From Longimicrobium sp. (GTDB lineage: Bacteria > Gemmatimonadota > Gemmatimonadetes > Longimicrobiales > Longimicrobiaceae): a stretch of DNA of 64,000 nucleotides. This document shows, in pieces, positions 33,593 through 40,851 of the stretch (position 1 is its first letter; the number at the start of each line of letters is the position of its first letter). A program made the position numbers and the translations under genes. Below the pieces are notes generated by a model that was not told where the DNA came from, searched no databases, and worked only from the letters and a program-made list of their open reading frames with translations. The stretch is from contig DASSJS010000264.1 of NCBI GenBank assembly GCA_035691085.1, positions 375 to 64,374 of the forward strand. Direction: 5' to 3'.

Positions 33593-35317
33593 ATGCGCCT
33601 TCCCCCGTGCCTTGCCGCCGTGCTCCTCTGCATCACCGCCGCCGTGGCCTGCGACGACGCCCCGTCACCCGTGGACAGCCCGCGCGACGGACCGGCGCCG
33701 GCGCTCGCCACCCCGAACGTGGCCGTGGGCGTCACCGTGGGGCAGCCGGTGAGCTACGACGCCACGCAGGGGGGCGCGGCGTTCACCGGCGGAAGCACGC
33801 TGCAGTACCGCATCACCTTCGAGGGGGCGGCCAACGGGCTCTCGGCGCAGGGCGCCACGGTGGTGGGGCAGCCGCTGGCGCCGGGGGTGACCTGGGCGAC
33901 CCTCACCGCGACCGACGCGGCGGGGCGCACGGCCAGCGACCGCTTCGCCATCTCCGCGTTCGCGCAGGGGCTCCCCACGCCCACGCTGCCGCCCGTCCCG
34001 TTCCCGTACAACGACGCCGCCAACCCCCTTCCCGCGCACTTCCTGGCGAACGCGCCCGGCGGGCCGGTGGTGGCGGCCGACAACACGCCGGGCGACAACC
34101 CGATCACCGACGCCGGCGCCACGCTGGGCCGCGTGCTCTTCTACGACACGCGCGTGTCGGCGAACGACGGGCTCAGCTGCGCGGGGTGCCACAGCCCCTT
34201 CGCCAGCTTCTCCGACTCGCCGGCGCGCAGCGTGGGCTTCGCGGGCGGGCTCACCGCGCGGCACGCGCCGGCGCTGGTGAACGCGCGCTTCTACCGCCGC
34301 GGGCGCTTCTTCTGGGACGAGCGCGCGCCCTCGCTCGAGGCGCAGGTGCTCGGGCCGATCCAGGACGGCACCGAGATGGGGATGCCGCTCGACAACCTGG
34401 TGGCCAAGCTCCAGGCCACGCGCTACTACCCGGCGCTCTTCACGGCCGCGTTCGGCTCGCCCACCGTCACCAGCGACCGCGTGTCGAAGGCGCTCGCCCA
34501 GTACGTGCGCTCGCTGGTGTCGAAGGACTCGCGCTACGACCGCGCCTTCACGCCCGCGGGCACGCCCAACTTCGCCGCGGTGTTCACACCGCAGGAGCTG
34601 GACGGCGAGCGGCTGTTCCGCGTGAGCGGCTGCGCGGGGTGCCACACCACGGCGGCGCAGGTGAGCGACTCGGTCCACAACACCGGGCTCGACGCGGTGA
34701 GCGCCGACACGGGGGCCGGCCGCGGCGCCTTCAAGGTGCCGTCGCTGCGCAACGTGGCGGTGCGGCCGCGCTTCATGCACGACGGGCGCTTCACCTCGCT
34801 GGGCCAGGTCATCGAGTTCTACGACTCCGGCGTGCAGCCCAACCCCGGCCTCGACCGGCGGCTGCGCAACCCCGACGGCACGCCCCGGCGCCTGAACCTG
34901 ACCGCGGCGCAGAAGGCGGCGCTCCTCGCCTTCCTCAACACGCTCACCGATTCCACGTTCCTGAACGCGCCGCGCTTCGCCAATCCGTTCGCGCCCACGG
35001 CCACCACGCCGGCGACGCCTGGGACGCCGATCACACCCACCACGCCGACGACTCCCACGCCGGCGCCCGGCGCGGTCAGCATCCAGGCGAACTCCTATCG
35101 CCCGGCCACGATCACCGTATCGCCCGGCGCGGTGGTCACGTGGACCAACCTCGACAACGCGCGCCACAGCGCAAGCTTCGCGTCATCGGCCATCGGGGGC
35201 ACGCCGATTTTCACCTCCGGCACCCAGCAGCTGACGATGCCCACCGCGCCCGGCACGTATGCCTACCAGTGCGCCGTCCACGGCGCGGCGATGCAGGGCA
35301 CGGTCATCGTGCGGTGA
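33593..35317 (+). CDS. Di-haem cytochrome c peroxidase (CCP/MauG family) lipoprotein with C-terminal cupredoxin domain
   Basis: Internal ATG (MRLPPCLAAVLLCITAAVAC) of ORF 33557..35317. Two CxxCH haem motifs (CAGCHSP, CAGCHTT). The C-terminal YQCAVHGAAMQGTVIV is a type-1 copper C..H..M ligand pattern, after a Pro/Thr linker. Confidence 0.8.
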   Translation: MRLPPCLAAVLLCITAAVACDDAPSPVDSPRDGPAPALATPNVAVGVTVGQPVSYDATQGGAAFTGGSTLQYRITFEGAANGLSAQGATVVGQPLAPGVTWATLTATDAAGRTASDRFAISAFAQGLPTPTLPPVPFPYNDAANPLPAHFLANAPGGPVVAADNTPGDNPITDAGATLGRVLFYDTRVSANDGLSCAGCHSPFASFSDSPARSVGFAGGLTARHAPALVNARFYRRGRFFWDERAPSLEAQVLGPIQDGTEMGMPLDNLVAKLQATRYYPALFTAAFGSPTVTSDRVSKALAQYVRSLVSKDSRYDRAFTPAGTPNFAAVFTPQELDGERLFRVSGCAGCHTTAAQVSDSVHNTGLDAVSADTGAGRGAFKVPSLRNVAVRPRFMHDGRFTSLGQVIEFYDSGVQPNPGLDRRLRNPDGTPRRLNLTAAQKAALLAFLNTLTDSTFLNAPRFANPFAPTATTPATPGTPITPTTPTTPTPAPGAVSIQANSYRPATITVSPGAVVTWTNLDNARHSASFASSAIGGTPIFTSGTQQLTMPTAPGTYAYQCAVHGAAMQGTVIVR

Positions 35318-35506
35318 GGGGAGCTGGACGGACGCTTCGCCCCGTCCACCGCATCGGTGCACCTGCGCCTCCGCCGCCTGGGCCCGTCACCGCAAGGCGG
35401 ATGAGACACGGCACGCCCGGTTCGTGGGAACGATGGCGGAGAAACGAAAATGGCCGTGGGCGCGCACGAAGCGCGTCCACGGCCTGCCGCAATCCGGCGA
35501 TGGCTG

Positions 35507-36658
35507 TCAATCAGGCGGCCGGATGAACCGGTCCAGCCGGAACGGTGCCAGGTCGAAGCGGGAGCGGCCCTCGGTCAGCAGGTCGGCGTGGAGCTCGCCG
35601 ATGGCGGCGGCGAACTTGAAGCCGTGGCCCGAGCACGGGCTGGAGACCAGCACCCGCGGGTGCGCGGGGTGGAAGCCGATGGCGAAATCGGTGTCGGGGG
35701 TGTTGGTGAACAGGCACACCGCGCGCTCGCGCACCGAGGCGCCGGCCACGCCGGGAAGCATCTGCGTGAGCGCCGCGCGGACCGGCTCCACCTCGTCCGC
35801 ATCGATGGTGCGGCGGACGGCGTCGGGGTGCGCCGAGACCTCGCCCTGGTGCATCAGCGCGGCCTTCATCCCCCGCTCCAGCCGCGGGAAGCCGTAGCCG
35901 ATGAACCCCGGCGTGTGCTCCCATGCGTAGATGGGGCACCGGTCCGGCTCGTACCGATTGTCCGCGGCGGGCGGATCGAACCAGAAGACCACCTGGCGCT
36001 CCACGACGAGCGGAAGGTCGAGGTCCCGCAGCAGCTCGCGCGCCCACGCGCCGGCGGTGATGACGAGCGATCCGGCCGTGTACGATCCCTCCGCCGTGCG
36101 GACGCGCACCCCTTCGCCGTCCCCTTCCCACGAGAGCACCGGCTCTTCGAAGCGGAGCCCGGCGCCCAGGCGCGCGGCCAGCGCCAGGTGCGCGTCCACG
36201 CACGCCTGCGGGCGCAGGAAGCCGGCGCGCGGGTCGTGCACGGCCACCAGCCCGTCCGCCAGGCGGAACGCGGGGAAGCGCGCCGCCACCTCGCGGGGCC
36301 GCAGCAGCTGGCAGGGGAGGCCGTGCTCGGCGGCGCTGCGGAGGGTGCCGCCCACCAGCATCCCGTCGGGCGGGCCGATCATCAGCCCGCCGTTCAGCGT
36401 CATCAGCGGCGTGGCGGCGTCGCGCTCCAGCGCCCGCCACCGTTCGTAGGCGCGCTGCACCAGCGGCACGTAGAGCGGGTGCTCGAAGTACATCTCCCGG
36501 ATGATGCGGCTGTCGCCGTGCGACGAGCCCATCGCGTGGCCGGGCGCGAACCGGTCCAGCCCCAGCACCCGCTTCCCGCGTGCCGCCAGGTGGTACGCCG
36601 TTGCGCTCCCCATCGCCCCCAGGCCGGCGACGATCACGTCGAAATTTCGTTCAGGCAT
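35507..36658 (-). CDS. FAD-dependent sarcosine / N-methyltryptophan oxidase family protein (MSOX/SolA-like)
   Basis: Internal ATG (MPERNFDVIVAGLGAMGSATAYHLA) of ORF 35507..36733. Rossmann GxGxxG motif. The C-terminal SPCSGHGFKF matches the covalent-FAD Cys region of MSOX/MTOX. Confidence 0.8.
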   Translation of the reverse strand: MPERNFDVIVAGLGAMGSATAYHLAARGKRVLGLDRFAPGHAMGSSHGDSRIIREMYFEHPLYVPLVQRAYERWRALERDAATPLMTLNGGLMIGPPDGMLVGGTLRSAAEHGLPCQLLRPREVAARFPAFRLADGLVAVHDPRAGFLRPQACVDAHLALAARLGAGLRFEEPVLSWEGDGEGVRVRTAEGSYTAGSLVITAGAWARELLRDLDLPLVVERQVVFWFDPPAADNRYEPDRCPIYAWEHTPGFIGYGFPRLERGMKAALMHQGEVSAHPDAVRRTIDADEVEPVRAALTQMLPGVAGASVRERAVCLFTNTPDTDFAIGFHPAHPRVLVSSPCSGHGFKFAAAIGELHADLLTEGRSRFDLAPFRLDRFIRPPD

Positions 36659-37072
36659 CCGCGCAGGTTGTGATTCGGGACATGGGCTTCCAGCGATGCC
36701 GCCGCGAGTGGCCCCGGTCCGCCCCTCTCTCACGCGGCGGGCGGATGCGGGCTGACCAGCTCGAATCCGCCATCGCGCTTCGTTCCTTCAGGGTGTATCG
36801 AAAGCGCACGTGGAACGATGCAGGGCAACACCGGGGCGATGCAGGCGCCGGCTGGCCACGTGCAAGGACCGGAATACGCAACTATTTGCACGCGGCAGGT
36901 TTGCCGGGAATCGCGGATCGTGGCTCCATCCGTGCTTTCAGGGACCGGTGCGCAGTCGCTCTGCGCGAGGGGCGTCCGGACGCCCGCCGTCATGGTACCG
37001 CGTCTTTCGATTCCTCGGAAGCGCACCGGCATCCGCCGGATCTTCATGGGTCAATGCAAGGCACAACACACA

Positions 37073-37729
37073 ATGTCGACCACCGAGAACGCCGCGCCCG
37101 AGGGCATCCAGATCGCCGCCGCCGACGTCGCCCTCCAGAACCTGGGGGTTCGCGCTCCGCTTACCGGGGCCATGCAGCGCGTGCAGGACGCCACGGGCGT
37201 GTCGAGCACCCTCTCGCTCTCCACCAGCAAGGTGCAGCTGGGCACCGCCACCGAGCCGGCGGCGTTCCAGGTCCAGGTGCCCTGGAACGATCCCAGCGGC
37301 CCCAGCTTCATCATCGGCGACACCGGCCGCTCCAACCTGCGGATGGGCGTCGAGCGGGAGTTCTCGTGGGTCCAGAGCCACGGGGGCAAGCCGCTGCAGG
37401 TGAACCCCATCGGCAACAACGTGGTGATCTCCCGCGACCGGACGGCCCGGGTGGGGATTGGAACCGAGAAGCCGCAGGCCCTGCTGGACGTGAACGGCGA
37501 TCTCCGCGCCACCTCGCTCACCGTGGGCGGCTCGGCGGCGGTGTCGGGCGCGCTGAGCGTGGCGGGCGCGCTGAGCGTGGGGACGCTCGCCGTGGCCGGC
37601 GCGCTGACCGTGCACGGGCCCGGCTTCAAGATCAGCGGCATCCCCTCGGCCGACTCGGCGCCGGACCACGGGGCGAAGCTGAAGCACGTGTACGTGGACC
37701 CCGACACGGGCTCGCTGTACATGCGCTGA
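37073..37729 (+). CDS. Hypothetical protein with repetitive beta-helix-like C-terminus
   Basis: Internal ATG (MSTTENAAPEG...) of ORF 36818..37729. Repeats GDLRATSLTVGGSAAVSGALSVAGALSVGTLAVAGALTVHG. No family recognised. Confidence 0.5.
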   Translation: MSTTENAAPEGIQIAAADVALQNLGVRAPLTGAMQRVQDATGVSSTLSLSTSKVQLGTATEPAAFQVQVPWNDPSGPSFIIGDTGRSNLRMGVEREFSWVQSHGGKPLQVNPIGNNVVISRDRTARVGIGTEKPQALLDVNGDLRATSLTVGGSAAVSGALSVAGALSVGTLAVAGALTVHGPGFKISGIPSADSAPDHGAKLKHVYVDPDTGSLYMR

Positions 37730-37795
37730 CGTAACCGGGAGGGAAGGCCGCGGCGCTCCCTCGACGCCCCAGCCCCACCCAGCTCCCGTGAGCCG

Positions 37796-37829
37796 CCGTG
37801 CCCCGGCGCAGTCCAGCGCCGGGGCACGG
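37796..37829. terminator. Bidirectional hairpin between convergent genes (ccgtgccccggcg-N8-cgccggggcacgg)
   Basis: 13-bp stem between 37073..37729 (+) and 37902..38198 (-). Confidence 0.6.
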
Positions 37830-37901
37830 CTCGTCATCATCCCTGCCGCCTCGAGCGTCACGCCGCAGGGCGCCGCACGCCGGGAGCCGTGCTCCGCGCC
37901 G

Positions 37902-38198
37902 TCAGCACACGGGGGTGATCTGGCGCGTGCCGCACACCTGGTAGGAGGTGTCCGGGCAGTCCACCGCCGTGCGTTCGCACGTCTCGTCCACGGTGAGCTC
38001 GCAGATTCCGTTCACCGATTCGTCGCACGAGTAGATGGTGGCGGGGCCGGTGCCGCAGACCGCGTACGCCGTCTCGCAGTAGCAGCTATCGTCCATCGTG
38101 CAGCCGCGGGCGCGCACCGTCCCGGTCTGCTGCATGGCCGGGGGCGTGGCGAACGACTCCACGGAAAGGCTATCCGGCTCCAGCCTGAGCTTTTTCAT
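37902..38198 (-). CDS. RiPP-precursor-like / Cys-rich secreted peptide P2 (98 aa, 10 Cys)
   Basis: Internal ATG of ORF 37902..38276 with GGAG upstream. The leader MKKLRLEPDSLSVESFATPPAMQQTGTVRA is shared with P1 and P3. The C-terminal 67 aa contain 10 Cys. Confidence 0.6.
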   Translation of the reverse strand: MKKLRLEPDSLSVESFATPPAMQQTGTVRARGCTMDDSCYCETAYAVCGTGPATIYSCDESVNGICELTVDETCERTAVDCPDTSYQVCGTRQITPVC

Positions 38199-38381
38199 CG
38201 GTGTGGCTCCGCGTGTGTGGGGGGAACTCGGCTCGTGTCGCAACCCATCCAGTGTAACGCGGAAACCAACTCTCATCCAGCAGATTGTGTCAGGATCGGG
38301 GAAGCGGCGCGGGGTGCCTCACCCACGCCGGTGCCGGGATTGCCCGCACACGTGAATGCCCCGGCGCTGCCCGGGAGACGG

Positions 38382-39017
38382 CTACGGCTTCTTGCCGCCA
38401 CCGCCCAGCGCCCGCCGGAGGTGCTCGGTGGGGAGGGTGACGTCGAAGTAGAAGGTGCGTTTTTCTCCGGTAGCCGGGTTGGCCGCCTCCATCCTGTCGC
38501 ACGCGCGACTACCGCAGCGATCCAGCGCCTGGTCGCCACGCTCGAAGCCGTTCACCCCCAGGTACGCATACTCCTCCGCCACGGTCACCACCACGAACGG
38601 CGACTGCTGCGTCCCCTTTCCGCTCGCGGCCACCGACTGGACGATGCGCGCAACCACCCCGCGTTCGCGGCCCGCCGCCTCCGTGTCGCCCAGTTGCTCG
38701 GCGGCGTACGCCTTCATCGCGTGTGTGCGGGCGTCGAGCCAGGTCACCGCCAGCACCGCGTCGGCCTCGCGGACCGCGCGTGCCCAGTCGCGCCGCTGGA
38801 GCGCCGCCCGCATGCTGTCGGCGTGCTCGTCGGCGTCGGAGCCGTAGGGCGCATACTCCGGCGACGCGGCCCATGCCTTCCGCAGCGCCGTATAGTCCAC
38901 GGTGGTGTCCCCCGCCTGCGCGCGTGCCAGCAGCGTGCGATACGCCGCCGCGTCCTGCGCGCGCGCCGGGAAGGCGAGCGAACAAAGGAGGAGAAGGGTG
39001 AGTGCCGCGGTTCGCAT
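38382..39017 (-). CDS. Secreted hypothetical protein (possibly DUF4919-like)
   Basis: 211-aa ORF with signal peptide MRTAALTLLLLCSLAFPARAQ and a helical body. The family assignment is from memory only. Confidence 0.55.
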   Translation of the reverse strand: MRTAALTLLLLCSLAFPARAQDAAAYRTLLARAQAGDTTVDYTALRKAWAASPEYAPYGSDADEHADSMRAALQRRDWARAVREADAVLAVTWLDARTHAMKAYAAEQLGDTEAAGRERGVVARIVQSVAASGKGTQQSPFVVVTVAEEYAYLGVNGFERGDQALDRCGSRACDRMEAANPATGEKRTFYFDVTLPTEHLRRALGGGGKKP

Positions 39018-39206
39018 GGTGGGCTCTCCTGATCGGGAAGATGGTGGGAAATCGCCATCTCATCTCATGTACCACAATAGGATGTTTCATCGCCCGCCGT
39101 TCTGACACCCTCCGCCCCAGCTTCCGCCCCTGCAGGCCGCGACGCGCTCATCCAGCTCTGCTCCTTTGCCGCTCGGATCGGACCCACCTGGGGCGGGCCA
39201 GAACAC

Positions 39207-39238
39207 GAATGCCCCGGCGAGTGATTGCCCGGGCATTC
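39207..39238 (-). terminator. Hairpin (gaatgccccggcg-N6-cccgggcattc type)
   Basis: Lies about 40 nt downstream of the 39277..39462 stop on the minus strand. Same stem family as the hairpins at 39614 and 40164. Confidence 0.5.
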
Positions 39239-39276
39239 TTCATTCATCGCTCCCAAGCTTGCGATGCGGCTGCTGC

Positions 39277-39462
39277 TTATCGTTTCGAATTGCCGATGCA
39301 GTATGCGCAGTTATCGTAGCCGGCGTCATTCGCCGCCTTCTGCGTGTCGTACGGCTTGTCGTTGCCCGCGGCGATGATCTCGTCGATCTGGCACTCGTTC
39401 TTGCCGGTCTTTTCGTTGTCCAGATCGTGGACCTCCTTCTTGCTGGGGCTGGTGTTCGCCAA
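39277..39462 (-). CDS. Small Cys-containing protein with Ada-like Zn-binding pattern; in-frame TAA separates it from an upstream RBS+ATG
   Basis: TTG-start ORF from the track. The pattern C-x26-GYDNCAYC resembles the Ada-type metal-binding pattern (...AGYxPCxxC). GGGAGA-ATG at 39504 opens the same frame but hits TAA at 39475..39477. Confidence 0.4.
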   Translation of the reverse strand: MANTSPSKKEVHDLDNEKTGKNECQIDEIIAAGNDKPYDTQKAANDAGYDNCAYCIGNSKR

Positions 39463-39648
39463 ATACTGCTGGCCTTACATGTTGCCCGTGTACCGTCTGG
39501 CCATGGTCGTCTCCCTTCTGATGCGGTGAAGTGCGGCAGATCAGAAGTGAGACGGACGCAGGTTCAAGACTTTCCCGGACCGTGGAACGAGCTGGCGATC
39601 CGAGGTGGCAAAAGCCCCGGCGCCTGCGCGCCGGGGCATCCTCCTGCG

Positions 39649-39795
39649 TCACGCGGCCAGGCGCCGCACCACCTCCCGCGCGCCGCGCCGGTACACCGTG
39701 AGGCACACCAGCTCGCCCGCGGGGTCGCGCACCTCCCACCAGCGCGTGTCCTTCTTCTTCTGGTAGGTGTAGCCGGCGGGTTCCGTGGCAACCGA
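39649..39795 (-). pseudogene. Start-less second copy (X') of the 57-aa gene X, in frame directly behind the TGA of gene Y
   Basis: It translates to SVATEPAGYTYQKKKDTRWWEVRDPAGELVCLTVYRRGAREVVRRLAA, compared with X = ...ATEPAGYTIQKKKDTRWWDMRDHAGELVCLTVYRRGAREVVRRLAA. There is no in-frame start codon. The distance from the Y stop is a multiple of 3. Confidence 0.55.
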
Positions 39796-40101
39796 TCATT
39801 CGCGATCAGGGAACCTGAAGGCTGCCTCGAGCAGCCGGAGAATCTCAGGGTCCGTGATTCCGGGGAACGACGGCGGGCCGAACGACACTCTGCCAACTGC
39901 ACAGATCTCCGCCAGATCATCCACCATTCTCGCACGGAATTCGGGCCGCATTCGTGCGAGCAGCGCCTCGAACGCGGTCAGGTCCACGCCGGATGTAAGC
40001 CGCGCGCGGTCAGCGTCCGTGAGGCGGAAATCCAGGTCGGGTGTGGCGAGGAAAATCGCTTCGGGTGCTGGCCGCTCCATAACGCTGCTCCGGGTTTCCA
40101 T
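39796..40101 (-). CDS. Hypothetical protein Y (about 100 aa)
   Basis: Internal ATG (METRSSVMERPAPEAIFLATPDLDF...) of ORF 39796..40194. Normal composition. No family recognised. Confidence 0.45.
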   Translation of the reverse strand: METRSSVMERPAPEAIFLATPDLDFRLTDADRARLTSGVDLTAFEALLARMRPEFRARMVDDLAEICAVGRVSFGPPSFPGITDPEILRLLEAAFRFPDRE

Positions 40102-40163
40102 GATCGTGCCGCGTTTCGCAAACGCTGCCGAGCCGGAAGGATACGAAGGGAGAGACAAAAACC

Positions 40164-40196
40164 GAATGCCCCGGCGCCTGCGCTGCCGGGGCATTC
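40164..40196 (-). terminator. Hairpin after gene X (gaatgccccggcg-cctgcgct-gccggggcattc)
   Basis: 11-13-bp stem 8 nt after the X stop on the minus strand. Confidence 0.55.
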
Positions 40197-40203
40197 TCGT
40201 GCG

Positions 40204-40377
40204 TCACGCCGCCAAGCGCCGCACCACCTCTCTCGCGCCACGCCGGTACACCGTGAGGCACACCAGCTCGCCCGCGTGGTCGCGCATGTCCCACCACCGC
40301 GTGTCCTTCTTCTTCTGGATGGTGTAGCCGGCGGGTTCCGTGGCGGCGGGAGCGGCGCCCTGCTGTGCATCGGCCAT
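40204..40377 (-). CDS. Small protein X (57 aa; below the ORF-track cut-off)
   Basis: Found by reading the sequence. GGAGGTG lies 5 nt before the ATG. MADAQQGAAPAATEPAGYTIQKKKDTRWWDMRDHAGELVCLTVYRRGAREVVRRLAA, TGA at 40204..40206, 174 nt in total. Confidence 0.55.
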   Translation of the reverse strand: MADAQQGAAPAATEPAGYTIQKKKDTRWWDMRDHAGELVCLTVYRRGAREVVRRLAA

Positions 40378-40500
40378 CGTGCACCTCCTGGCTGGCTTGA
40401 CCCTCGGCGCCCGGCAGGGCTACCTTTGGCGAGCGGGCGGCCTTCGGGTCGGTTCGCGAATGGGCTGGCCGAGGCTTCTTCGCGGGAGATTCGGCCAGCC

Positions 40501-40570
40501 TTGCTTTTTGCCCTGCTGGATAGAATAATATATCCAATCCGCTGTTCTGTCAAGAGCATTCTATCCAATT
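40501..40570 (+). promoter_or_regulatory. AT-rich promoter/operator region upstream of the HTH gene
   Basis: TTGCTT-N17-AATAAT hexamers. The inverted repeat GGATA-N8-TATCC (40518..40535) overlaps the -10. TATCCAAT occurs twice (40531 and 40562). Confidence 0.45.
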
Positions 40571-40576
40571 CGCGCG

Positions 40577-40801
40577 ATGGATTTCAAGGAAGCCACCGAC
40601 ATCCTGACCCGCCGCATCACCGCCGACGAGATCGCTGAGGCCGCCGGCGTGTCGATCAGCTCGATCGCGCGGGCGCGGTTGGACCCAGCCAGTTCCGCCT
40701 ACCGCTCACCGCCTGAGGACTGGCGATCCGTGCTGGGGCGATTGGCGCGAGAACGTCTTCAAGAGCTGGCAGCATTTGCTGAAGAGATGGAGGCTGCGTA
40801 A
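40577..40801 (+). CDS. Small HTH DNA-binding protein (74 aa), candidate controller of the downstream operon
   Basis: 74-aa ORF. ITADEIAEAAGVSISSIARARL is a helix-turn-helix pattern. It lies 50 nt upstream of and co-directional with the four-gene operon. Confidence 0.65.
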   Translation: MDFKEATDILTRRITADEIAEAAGVSISSIARARLDPASSAYRSPPEDWRSVLGRLARERLQELAAFAEEMEAA

Positions 40802-40851
40802 TTTGAAGGTCCCGCAAACGTTTTCACACTGACAATCGCCCAAGGTCACGA

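Noticed and set aside
40802-40851. A separate promoter for gene A in the 50-nt gap after the HTH gene (TTGAAG ... TGACAAT).
   Set aside because: The hexamer spacing and -10 quality are poor. Co-transcription from the HTH promoter is equally likely, so this is not called.
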